A stretch of 20,000 nt of DNA from Veleropilina oligotropha (taxonomy: Eukaryota). A program made the translations under genes and the position numbers. The notes under the pieces were generated by a model. That model saw nothing but the letters and a program-made list of their open reading frames with translations. It was not told where the DNA came from and did no database searches. Positions 1 through 9,332 of this stretch are shown one piece after another. Every line of letters starts with the position of its first letter. Position 1 is the first letter of the stretch. Location: assembly GCA_048128005.1 (NCBI GenBank), contig JBEUKZ010000112.1:855851-875850 (forward strand), given 5' to 3'.

Positions 1-1527
1 ACCTTGATCGAAGAGCGAAAACCAGGACTTTCCAGCCAAACCATCCAGCGCATCTTGGATTCTGGGTATGGGGTGGCGGTTCTGGACTGTTTTCCGGTTG
101 ATTCTCCTGTAGTCAATGCACAATCTCAACTTACCATCACGTTTGCGGACGCAAACCATTGGACTGGAGTATGGAGATTTACTCTTCCGGATCCATCCTC
201 TCTCAATCAAGTCAATGAGGTAGTCTTTGACTTCCTGGTACAGAGGGCGAGGGATGGAGATGTAGTTTTGCTTGACAGGGTCATCATCGGTTAACTGGAT
301 ATCTAGTTCTAGGTCAGGAGCGAATCCGATGTCACCATCATCTCGAGAAAATGCATGGCACTCCTCAAACAGCATTCGTGTCACCATTTCTCGCTGGCAC
401 TCGGACAAGTTGCTTTTGTCCAAGTCGATTGGAGGGTTCCAGAATTCGGATTTGTCAGTTTTGGTTTCTGGTTTGGGTTCTTCAGCTGCACGATTCTTGG
501 GGTCGACAGGAAGGATGGATCGCACCTCCACCAGCGAACCTAATAATGTCTTACTTCTAATGGACAGATCTTGATTTGAGTAATTTGAAACCATTACATG
601 AACTGGGACCCTAGTCCCTCGTTTGACATTAACAACAGATTCATGCACAACAAGACCGTCGGGCCAACATTGTTCAACATTTGGCTCGAACATTACAGTG
701 GTGTTTTCTACAATATCAGTTTTAACAAGACATTTTACGTTTATTGTGGTACCTTTTAACACCTTAACACCTTGCCTACCAGTGGACACAAAGCCAATCT
801 CATCACTTTGCTCTGCAGAGATGAGTTTTACCACCGCAGTCAGGGTCTCTCTGGTTTTTGTAGGTAGACCTGTTTGAATCAATTGTATCTTGATGTCATT
901 ACCTTCCTTCCCCACAGTATCACTCAAATATTGCCCAATTACATTGTACCCCACTATGGGACATTCCCCTGGAATGTCTGCTATCAAAAACGGTACTTGG
1001 AATTTGCGATTACTTTTGTCACCTAGTAGTTTAAAGTCAATGGGGGTCCATCCCTGAAAAGGGACAGACATGCCATTTGCTGCCATTATCGTTAGATTCT
1101 GTTCACCGAGCAATTGAGATATCGGTTTGATTTCAATATTACTCAGATATTTCTTAGCCCATTTGACAGGGAGTAAACAAACTTGTGAACCGGTGTCCCA
1201 CAGTACTTCAGTTTGAACATCATTCAATGAGCATAACATTTCACATTTTGTACCAATTAATTTTAGCAACTTATCTTGTGTGTGACAATGAATACATGGG
1301 TTACCCTTTGTAATATCTGGTTTTTCAAGTGATTGAACTGCCGTACATATTGTTCTATGATAGATTCTATGGGTTGCTTGGCAACTTTTCGAACAATATG
1401 TAGCAGAGTGGCAACCACTACAAATCAAACAATCACCTGTCCTACCACATTGTACGCAAATCTGCAGGGACGTAGAATTTCGGGTCGAGGCTAGTCCCTC
1501 AGTGTCGACGACCCGTTGCCGTTTCCC
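1..1527 (-). CDS. pol: Pol polyprotein, partial (MYND zinc finger, aspartic protease, linker, N-terminal reverse transcriptase); expressed as Gag-Pol by -1 frameshift
   Basis: Manual translation from the slippery site: GKRQRVVDTEGLASTRNSTSLQICVQCGRTGDCLICSGCHSATYCSKSCQATHRIYHRTIC...VLWDTGSQV (DTG at 1197-1189)...LRLCIDYRRINRKTVQNRHPIPRIQDALDGLAGKSWFSLFDQG. The frame is open to the window edge, so the ORF track does not list it. Confidence 0.95.
1345..1458 (-). other. MYND-type zinc finger domain at the N-terminus of Pol
   Basis: CVQC-x8-CSGC-x5-C-SKS-C-Q-x6-H-RTI-C matches the C2-C2-C-C-H-C MYND pattern, including the YCSxxCQ signature. Confidence 0.88.
1462..1527 (-). promoter_or_regulatory. 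-1 programmed ribosomal frameshift signal: slippery heptamer G GGA AAC plus predicted H-type pseudoknot
   Basis: Heptamer at 1527-1521 is in the gag frame (CAG GGA AAC). 5 nt later, stem 1 CGGGUCG (1515-1509) pairs with CGACCCG (1487-1481). Loop segment CUG-AGGGAC-UAG (1502-1491) pairs with CUA-c-GUCCCU-g-CAG (1475-1462). The -1 frame is the pol ORF. Confidence 0.9.
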
Positions 1528-2750
1528 TGCTGGTTCCGCTTTGCCTTGCACCCTCTCATGAAGTGTTCCCCGGAACCACAGTAAAAGCAGTGGTCACAGA
1601 GTTCTCCACCGTGGTGTTTTCGACAGTCTGGGCATCCAGATTTCCTTCGCGGCTTTCGTTCATTGTCCCGTTCTCGTCCATTGGGCACTTCCCGTTCTCG
1701 TCCATTGGGCACTTCCTTCTCCTTGAATAAGGCGGCGATGTCTGCTTTCAGTTCGCTGCGCAAGTTGGCGAACATCTTCGTTAACGGAGCGGTGTCGACT
1801 TCTGCTTCTTCTGGAACAGCTTCCACGGAATGCGTCTTGACTTTCTGCGTCACGGCTCGGGCGTTGGAGTGGACTTTCTTCCTTTCTTCGAATGAGGTAA
1901 CCGAACGGTTCACCAGGGCAATCAGCTGTTCTTCTGTTGGGTTAGCTTTCAACGTGACCTTCAGGTCTTGGCTTATGCATTCATCCCTCAACCCAATCTG
2001 GATTGATTGAAACGTCATGCGTCGCACCAATGTAGCATCGTACTTAAAATCAGATCCCTCTTCTAGCGAAGACGTCACCACTTGATGTCCCAGATCTAGC
2101 ATTCTGAGGACAAAGTCTAATGTCACTTCTTCTTGACGTTGGCTACCTTCACACAGTTCCCGATATAACTCGTTTGCCGACTTCTTCCTGTAGCATTGCA
2201 GGAGCAGTGCTTTTAAGTCTGATACTGTTAGTCCTAATGCGACCCTGCATTCCAGGTAACTGTGCAACTGTTGAGATGAATGTACAGCGTGTACAATGGC
2301 GTGAACGATTTCGGATTCACTGTATCCCTTCTCCATCGCTATATCGATTTGTCTGCATACGTTTGAGTAGCTTATGCCCTTGCTACCATGGATACTACCC
2401 GTGACCACAAAGTCTCTTCGAAATGATATCTTGGGCACAGCTGGTTTATGCATTGGCGGTACTGCCGCACTGACATCAGATGACTGGGAGACAAGGTCTT
2501 CACTAGCCTTCCTCACTTGAGCGATTGCAGTTAGCATGTTCTTAAGTCTGGCTATGACCTGCTCTTCGTCTTCGAGGCACTCTTGAAGATGTTTCTCTAC
2601 CACTCTTGTTAGTTTAAACCTGGTATTATCTTCCGGCACGGTACATATTGCCAGGTCATGTGTCATGTTTTTAAGTTCTGGTATAGTTAAATTGTACAGT
2701 CTTTGTTTCACCTCGAGCTCCAATTCCCCGATCGCCTCAGGATCCGCCAT
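1491..2750 (-). CDS. gag: Gag polyprotein (419 aa) with C-terminal CxxC..CxH motif and CCHC zinc knuckle
   Basis: First ATG after the PBS is at 2750 in strong Kozak context (GCGAAG ATG G). C-terminal CPDCRKHHGGELCDH-CFYCGSGEHFMRGC contains C-x2-C-x4-H-x4-C. Stop TAG at 1493-1491. Confidence 0.93.
   Translation of the reverse strand: MADPEAIGELELEVKQRLYNLTIPELKNMTHDLAICTVPEDNTRFKLTRVVEKHLQECLEDEEQVIARLKNMLTAIAQVRKASEDLVSQSSDVSAAVPPMHKPAVPKISFRRDFVVTGSIHGSKGISYSNVCRQIDIAMEKGYSESEIVHAIVHAVHSSQQLHSYLECRVALGLTVSDLKALLLQCYRKKSANELYRELCEGSQRQEEVTLDFVLRMLDLGHQVVTSSLEEGSDFKYDATLVRRMTFQSIQIGLRDECISQDLKVTLKANPTEEQLIALVNRSVTSFEERKKVHSNARAVTQKVKTHSVEAVPEEAEVDTAPLTKMFANLRSELKADIAALFKEKEVPNGREREVPNGRERDNERKPRRKSGCPDCRKHHGGELCDHCFYCGSGEHFMRGCKAKRNQQGNGNGSSTLRD
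1666..1713. repeat. In-frame 24-bp tandem duplication in gag (EVPNGRER x2)
   Basis: tcccgttctcgtccattgggcact occurs twice, at 1666-1689 and 1690-1713. Confidence 0.95.
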
Positions 2751-2815
2751 CTTCGCTCGAGACAGGTAAGTCACTAGGTTGCTTGGGATCCACGCGTTAT
2801 CTTGCTGGCATCCTT

Positions 2816-2833
2816 CTCCTGGCAAGCTCGCCA
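2816..2833 (-). promoter_or_regulatory. Primer binding site, likely tRNA-Arg(ACG)
   Basis: TGGCGAGCTTGCCAGGAG lies 2 nt after the LTR-terminal CA. It resembles the complement of the metazoan tRNA-Arg(ACG) 3' end (TGGCGAGCCAGCCAGGAG from memory; 16/18). Confidence 0.85.
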
Positions 2834-2861
2834 AATGTTACCTCGCCTGCCGCGACGGACA

Positions 2862-3872
2862 CTAAAACAATGGGAGAATTGATTAACGATGAAATCAGAC
2901 ACTGGTTTATTTACTGAAGACACATGTGCGAATCTCGGCACTCAAATTTACAATATGAATGTAAATATTATATAGCTTGGACTTATGGTGCGCAATGAAT
3001 GTACTAAGACATTGGCTATTAATACAATGAATGGAATAGAATATTCAAATGCTAGGTTCATACAAATGAATAGCAACATACCAACATGTTAAACTACAAT
3101 ATAGAACATTCTGCCATTTCCATGTAGTAAACATATGATTAATGCATTTACATTAAAACACTGAACTCTTATCATAGAATAATAATATACTGTTATAATT
3201 AATCGCAGACAAAACAGTCTCCCTCAGATTGATTATATCGCGTCACAATATTGACTACATTTTACATAATACAGTGCCACTTGAAAATAACATGCAGTAA
3301 TACTGTCAGCCTTAAATGTTATTTCAGACTTAATAGATAAACAGCAATTATTCATACATGGTTGAATAATTTCACTTAATAATGAAAAATCAATATAAAC
3401 AATAATTTCTGCCCAATCGACCATCTCACGAACGATTGCTACAGTATCAACAAATGCAATCTACACGCAAACTCTATATGACGACACGAGTTATCTCCCT
3501 TGGATTACAAAATCGGGCAGCGATTCGTTGGTGCAATGACATACAGATAACAACAGCAGTACCCAATATTATACCCTTAAGAGTCGTATTGGTAAAACTA
3601 GTGAGGTTAACAAACAGTAACGAACGTAATCTCAAATGGGAAATATGGCAATATTTCAGATACAACGTTATTTCGACATCTCCGCTCTAACAGAAGTTAG
3701 CGGTACAAATTTAACACTGGGTGCAGTTCGACAATCAGCGTCGCTCAACGAAAACATCGACTTAAAATATATTTATACATTTTGCCTCTAAGAAACAATA
3801 GCTATATCCAGTGTTAAGATACTTATATATCATAGTACATGCATGTCATCATTATTAAATTGAGTTACATAC
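2862..3872 (-). other. Predicted 1011-nt GT-AG intron inside the LTR
   Basis: Donor TAG|GTATGT immediately follows the upstream repeat copy. Acceptor (branch-like GTTAAT, pyrimidine tract TTCTCCCATTGTTTTAG|) is the last base of the downstream copy. Confidence 0.65.
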
Positions 3873-3954
3873 CTAAAACAATGGGAGAATTGATTAACGA
3901 TGAAATCAGACACTGGTTTATTTACTGAAGACACATGTGCGAATCTCGGCACTC
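2862..3954 (-). repeat. Perfect 82-bp direct repeat pair within the LTR (2862-2943 and 3873-3954), each containing AATAAA
   Basis: Both copies read GAGTGCCGAGATTCGCACATGTGTCTTCAGTAAATAAACCAGTGTCTGATTTCATCGTTAATCAATTCTCCCATTGTTTTAG on the minus strand. Their flanks are unrelated. Confidence 0.97.
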
Positions 3955-4362
3955 GCCAGACGCACCATGGGCCAATCAAAACCAGTGACTGTACAAGAAG
4001 AGAGAGACCGTGATGTTCATTGGTTAACTGCCACATGTGCAACTATGTAGGAATATGCAAATACAGAATATGCGTAAATTTACATAATTTATCTCCCTCA
4101 TGAGTGTTCGGCGATCTATCGATCCTTACACCAACATGACGCATATCATATATATATTTAGCTGCGTTCTTGTCACTAGGGAGCACATATATCATATTAA
4201 TATCTAATTATGTCTTCATTTAATCAGGTGATAGTTTAATTTATGTAATGCTTGCTTGTTTATCATCGATAATGCAAAATATGCTGCCGGGCGGAAATCT
4301 AACTATTGTTGTTTGTGCCGAGCGGTATCAGATAGACTTATCTCCAGGCTTATTGCAACGCA

Positions 4363-4629
4363 AATGATCGTAAATGAAGTTTACTTTCGAAATTGTTTTA
4401 GCTAGCGGTAATTTTGGGTAAATTGTCGTTTTCAATCAAATCATACCAATTGGAAGCGTAATTTATTATACGTTACTTGGCAGAAATAGAGACCAAAATT
4501 GTATTAATAAAAGATCACATATAGATTGTTCCGAATATGTAAATATAAAATAGAGAAAAATAATCGCAAATGAAGTTACTTTCGAAGTTCTTTTAGCTAG
4601 TGGTAATTTTGCGTAAATTGTCGTCTTCA
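4363..4629. repeat. Diverged ~70-bp direct repeat (approx. 4363-4433 and 4560-4629)
   Basis: aatgatcgtaaatgaagtttactttcgaaattgttttagctagcggtaattttgggtaaattgtcg versus aataatcgcaaatgaagttactttcgaagttcttttagctagtggtaattttgcgtaaattgtcg. Confidence 0.8.
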
Positions 4630-4644
4630 GCTTTCTATCTTGGA

Positions 4645-4816
4645 GTTGAGTTGGTTAGTTTTACGACCACTTTGAACAATCTTTCAGTTATATCATAGTC
4701 GGGACCCCCGGTTTAACCTCTCTATCCGAACAGACGGAGCAATGTGGCTTATTTCCTTGCCCAAGGGAAATCTGAACGCCAGAGATCTACGCTCTAACCA
4801 CTGTGCTACGGCGGCC
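4645..4816 (-). mobile_element. tRNA-derived SINE (internally deleted) with 12-bp target-site duplication
   Basis: Minus strand: head GGCCGCCGTAGCACAGTGGTTAGAGCG (A-box), CCCTTGGGCAAGG core-like motif, and an (AACTC)-type tail. Flanked by TTCTATCTTGGA at 4633-4644 and 4817-4828. Confidence 0.85.
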
Positions 4817-6003
4817 TTCTATCTTGGAAATTGCATCATAATGAAAGCTGTTTTCATATATGTTACTTTGCACCAACAATTAAAATATTCATATCATGAA
4901 AATGATGACAAAGAGACAGTTCCGAATTGGAAAATTTTCCCATCTGTACATTATGAAGGAAAAATTGTTCGAACTATATATTGACATTTTGTTTCTTGCT
5001 GTCACATATCAACCAACATCAACATCCACAGATTAATGCTGTCAGCAGGTGTAGCTGTTACTTCATAGAATCTGCATCATGTATCAATTTGTATCCATTT
5101 GTGACATCTAACTCTCGGTGGTGCCATCGTTGATATCAGGCTTCAGTCAGACAACAGCTTGACGTCACAAAGTGTCAGAGCGAGGCTGGTTGGCAAAACA
5201 ATCCTTGTCGATGTTTGTTTACGGCTGAGAGGGCTTTGTTTTGTTCGTATTGCCGTCATTCAACGCCATTTTATTTGATTTTGTTACTTCTTAACATTTA
5301 CTTTCCTGATCTCAGAATGATATAACGTGTTTGTCACGTATACCAGTTGCCAAATGGAGTATTGATAATGAAATAAAACAATATAAAAGGAATTTTTGCG
5401 TATACGGCTTTTTTCGAGTTCAGTTGTTATATGATGTCAATCGGGACCCGGGATTTTGCACGTTTTTAACAATCTTTCACAGTGATATTGTTGTAGGAGC
5501 ATCGATGTAACGTCTCCGCTCCATGGACGGATAATGGGTTAACTGTTTTAAACCACCCCTTCTATTTAGGGGTTATAATACGCCACACCGGTTGCGATAT
5601 TTGAACCCGCGACCTATCGTCCAACTTTCGTTTTTCCACCGCACTACTAGTCGAGCTGTTGGGGACGGCTGTGTATGTATATTAAATCAGTTCAGGAGAA
5701 CTTTCAGTTTAAAATACTGGGATGGGCTTGTCAGGTGTAAATGTCATGGTCTTTTCATTCATAGACATAAATTAATATGTAGGCCTACAGATCAATGTCT
5801 TCCATGCCCTCATCTGCATTGTGTGATTATTGTTTAGACAAAGATGGGCTTAAGAAAAGTCATAAGTATTGTTAAGTGCAGACATAATTTCTTGTAACAA
5901 ATAGTGCTATGTGTAACTTAGTTGTGAGAAATTTAAGGAGCTCAATTTAAGTTGATCACTGAAGAAAGGGAGTGAGTGAGCTATTTTTTATCGTCACATT
6001 TAA
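4771..6003 (+). repeat. 1233-bp near-identical duplication, copy 1 (copy 2 at 9992-11224)
   Basis: Constant offset of 5221 at both ends and for the duplicated spurious ORFs 5592/10813. About 7 substitutions seen by eye. Confidence 0.96.
5590..5669 (-). mobile_element. Degenerate tRNA-like SINE head (also at ~10811-10890)
   Basis: Minus strand AGCTCGACTAGTAGTGCG (A-box-like) and GTCGCGGGTTCAAAT (B-box-like). No complete cloverleaf. Confidence 0.5.
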
Positions 6004-6105
6004 CACCCGTTTAGTGTCATATCAGGATATGTCCATATTATGGTGAGAGAAAAGCTTGGAAAAACCAGTGAAACCCACCTACACCGACCAGTTATGGACA
6101 ACTGT
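5970..6105 (-). mobile_element. Probable 3' fragment of another SINE with a (CTCA)n tail
   Basis: gagtgagtgag microsatellite followed by ggaaaaaccagtgaaacccacc, resembling invertebrate SINE bodies read in reverse. Recognised by pattern only. Confidence 0.35.
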
Positions 6106-6127
6106 GTCTGATAACATAAACAGTGCC

Positions 6128-7090
6128 TTCAAATTTGACCTTGACCTTTGACCTCAGTTGACCTACATTGCAGGAAATGACCTAATTAAGGAAAAATGCA
6201 TATATGTGGGCCTATAGTGCATGAAATGAACTCCTATTGACGTGTGTAGTCAACATTTACCAAATTTACAAGATAAAATTGAAAAACAGGAAGTGCCTCG
6301 ACCGCCATTAAAGCTTTTATTTCAAGTGGCAATATATCAACAATGATGCGCCGTGGACACATAGTTACTATGGGGAGCCTATGGGAAGTCATGGTTGGGC
6401 TTTCAAATGTGACCTTGACCTTTGACCTCAGTTGACCTACATTGCGGAAAATGACCTATTTAAGGAAAAATGCATATATGCTTGCCCATAGTGGCTAAAA
6501 TGAACTCCTATTGACGTGCGGTAGTCGCTATTTACCAAATTTCCAAGATAAAATTAAAAACAGGAAGTGCCTCGGCGGCCATTAAAGCATTTGTTAGAAG
6601 TGGCAATATATCAACAAGGATGCACCGTGGACACATAGTTACTATGGGGACCCTATGGGAAGTCATGGTTGATCTTTCACATGTGACCTTGACCTTTGAC
6701 CTCAGTTGACCTACATTGCAGAAAATGACCTAATTAAGGAAAACGACATATTTTCGCCAGAAAAAGACATGTTTGCCAGAAAATGGTCAGGAAATGGCAA
6801 ACTCTGTTAATATTGATGCTAGAGCTTAGATATTTTAAATTAGGATAATAAAAAAATTCGAAAAAAAAAAAAATGGCTACCATATTTTCCTTAAAAAGGC
6901 CAGAACTGGAGACCTACGTGGCGTACAGACCTGAAATTTGCGGCATTCGATTCAGTGTATATATTAATAAAATTCTAAGGAAAAAAATTAAAATATTTAA
7001 AAATTAAATCTAAAAGTTAAAAAAAAAATTGGCTGCAAGCGATAGGACGCGATCAGCTTGAAGCCCTCTACAGCTGCTTGCAGCTTTAAT
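6128..7090 (+). mobile_element. Right arm of non-autonomous Helentron/HINE element E0: ~2.3 x 274-bp tandem repeat, 3' subTIR and terminal hairpin
   Basis: gaccttgacctttgacctcag at 6137, 6411, 6685 (period 274). SubTIR GCTTGAAGCCCT at 7056-7067, hairpin AGCTGC-TT-GCAGCT at 7072-7085, ends TTAAT. Near-identical to ~11645-12612 and ~16102-17077. Confidence 0.85.
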
Positions 7091-7260
7091 TAGGGCTTCA
7101 AGCTTTCAGGCTTGAAGCCCTATTGTTATTCTACGAATTATTATTATTAGGGCTTCAAGCTTTCAAGGCTTGAAGCCCTATTGTTATTCTACGAATTATT
7201 AGGGCTTCAAGCTTTCAGGCTTGAAGCCCTATTGTTATTCTACGAATTATTATTATTATT
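7091..7260 (+). repeat. Three stacked Helentron/HINE 5' ends (starts 7091, 7148, 7200)
   Basis: Each is TAGGGCTTCAAGC-loop-GCTTGAAGCCCTA (5' subTIR plus its inverted repeat), then TTGTTATTCTACGA and (ATT)n. This is the DINE-1/HINE left-end architecture. Confidence 0.88.
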
Positions 7261-9289
7261 CTGATTCTGATTCTGATTTATTATTTTCTCCACGATTTTG
7301 TGACAGCGATAACTCAAAAACTGCCAGAGCTACAGCAATAAAATTTTGCAGGCTTATAGGTGCATTAGTGAAGTTGTGCCGCGTCCTTAACCTAGTCTCT
7401 AGGTCGCATAGTTTCGTCGTTATCATGTGTTTTGTAAAAAAAACACCACTTTTTAAAAAATCTTCTTCTAACAAACTGTCAAAGCCAACGAGGTTAAACT
7501 TTCCAGATATGATGTATGTCTTATGACGAAGTAATATTGCGAGCGAAAAATCGATCGGTCGTAAAACAAGGCAGCTGCTGGCATCCTAATGTTGGGAAAA
7601 AATTGAAATTTTCAATCGTTTATAACTTGTATTTTGCTTTAACTATACTTTTCCAACTTCGCAGGAATATAAGTGCATATGCTAAGTTATGTTTCCTGCA
7701 AAGACATCACCGATGCGACTTTCGGTTATGACGCAATCATGGATTGAAAAATTATACTAAAACGTCATTTCCTCGTTAAATGTTGGACCGTTCGACATGG
7801 AAATCGGCATATACTGACATAAGTGTCATCTCTATATTGTTTTGTGAACGAAACAATGTTAGCACAAACGTATTAACAGCTAAGATGAATTCAATTTTAA
7901 ATTTTAAAAAGACTGCAGTTTCCTTAATTTTTATTACTATGAAACAAAACGTAATTTATTTTAATCTCATGAATGTGCACTATCATAGTATGCATTTATT
8001 ATATTGATATCCATTTGTATGTATAAAATACACGTAAATGAATTTTGCATTTGAAAATGTTCATAACACAGCTAATACTGATGCTCTTTATTTGAAATTT
8101 TTCCTGAAGTTCACTATCAATGCCTAATATATATTTCTTGATTATCAAGAAAATATCTTGAACGGTTCGAGTTTTAATAATTTTTGTTGTGTCAATTAAT
8201 GGTAAAATAAATATTTATTGCCCAATCTCAAGAGCTCATGTCCCTGTAACAGGTTTATTGATGCTAAAGTCAACAAGGCGCTGCCTGCTAGCCAGGGTTG
8301 TTGTATATCAGTGTCTTTAGCATGTAATTAAAGCTAATTAATTACTTGTGTCAACATGAGACCATTGGCTATCAGTGGATCAAAGCAGAGACTACTAACT
8401 AAGATAACCATTTGGTGATTAGTATCATGCGAGCCGCATTTCAGGACGGAAATGGATACGCATGTAAACTACTGTGTTTGCAAACATGGAAAACAGAATC
8501 ATTGAAAATGGCAAGAGCAATGATTTACTAAAATATCCAAGTATTTTTATGTTATTTTCTGCAACCTTTGATGAAAATACACATACATTCTTTCATGTCC
8601 GCATAAATGGATATGAAAATTTAGGTTTGTAGACTAAAGCGAGGATGCGATATACGTATTGGCCTATACTTCTAACTTTCATTTTTATAGTCGGATTTCA
8701 AAATACAAATTACTAGGATACTATAAAGTACAATTGTCTGCATATCATAATCTTGCCATTCATATTTTTTGTAAGAAATAGATGCGGAAACATGGATAAT
8801 GAATTCGCAAATAGGCCTAGAGCAAAAATGATCATAATCAATCGGTAATAATGAGTATTGTTTACAACTTTCCAAGAACATTGACAATTTTGAGCTCCCA
8901 TAAATACAATTATAGCGTAGTGTTAATGTGTTATATACGAATGTGATGTGCAGTACGTATGCCCAATATCAAAGTCATTATATGAAATCATACCAATTCT
9001 GGTTCTAAACTTCCAATTCGATTAGAGACATAACATCGGTAAACAACGAACAATTCACAACCGTGTTAGCGACTTGACACATAATGTGACCAACTTAGTT
9101 GTACCTGGTGATTTACCGTTGTTTGTCACAAATAAATAGCCAACCCAGATTATAAATTGCTTTAAATAGTCTTTTTGTCCAAATAATGAATTTTACCTTG
9201 GCCAAAGGGATACATGCTGTACATTGTCATTATACTAACAACAAGCGCATCCGAGAGGAAGCATAATTGAACCATGTAAATTCATCGTG

Positions 9290-9332
9290 GACATGCACCA
9301 CCACACGGACATACACCACCACACAGACAGAC
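9290..9332. repeat. Short 18-bp imperfect tandem repeat
   Basis: ggacatgcaccaccacac-ggacatacaccaccacac-agacagac. Confidence 0.7.

Larger units (their letters stand above)
1..4130 (-). mobile_element. Ty3/Gypsy LTR retrotransposon, 5' portion (LTR-PBS-gag-pol; continues beyond position 1)
   Basis: Minus-strand order is LTR end (GGTAACA), PBS, gag with CCHC knuckle, -1 frameshift, protease (LWDTGSQV), then RT with no integrase in between (Gypsy-type order). RT motifs SPYSSPMVCVRKRDGKLRLCIDYRRIN. No in-frame stops seen in gag or pol. Confidence 0.96.
2836..4130 (-). repeat. 5' LTR (~1.3 kb; TGTAAGG...GGTAACA)
   Basis: The 3' end is fixed by CA + TT + PBS. The 5' end is inferred from TGTAA at 4130, upstream of the internal 82-bp repeat. 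The second LTR is outside the window, so this boundary and the TSD cannot be confirmed. Confidence 0.7.

Noticed and set aside
4..2404. Plus-strand ORFs (4-294, 272-574, 351-560, 355-543, 623-877, 1663-2010, 2120-2404)
   Set aside because: Antisense shadows of gag and pol with no recognisable motifs.
2751..2834. N-terminal extension of the 447-aa gag ORF
   Set aside because: It starts at a TTG overlapping the PBS. The first ATG, in good Kozak context, is at 2750.
3864..3954. Alternative: the LTR starts at TGTAAC (3869) and the upstream 82-bp copy belongs to an older solo LTR hit by a nested insertion
   Set aside because: The sequence flanking the two 82-bp copies is unrelated on both sides, whereas a same-family LTR would stay homologous beyond the block. 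Not fully excluded without the 3' LTR.
4771..5669. tRNA genes at ~4771-4816 and ~5590-5669
   Set aside because: Only A/B-box-like remnants with no full cloverleaf. One has a SINE tail and TSD.
7091..7260. Palindromic ~32-bp repeats resembling a CRISPR array
   Set aside because: The intervening sequences are the same apart from (ATT)n length, there are no cas genes, and the context is eukaryotic. They are transposon left ends.
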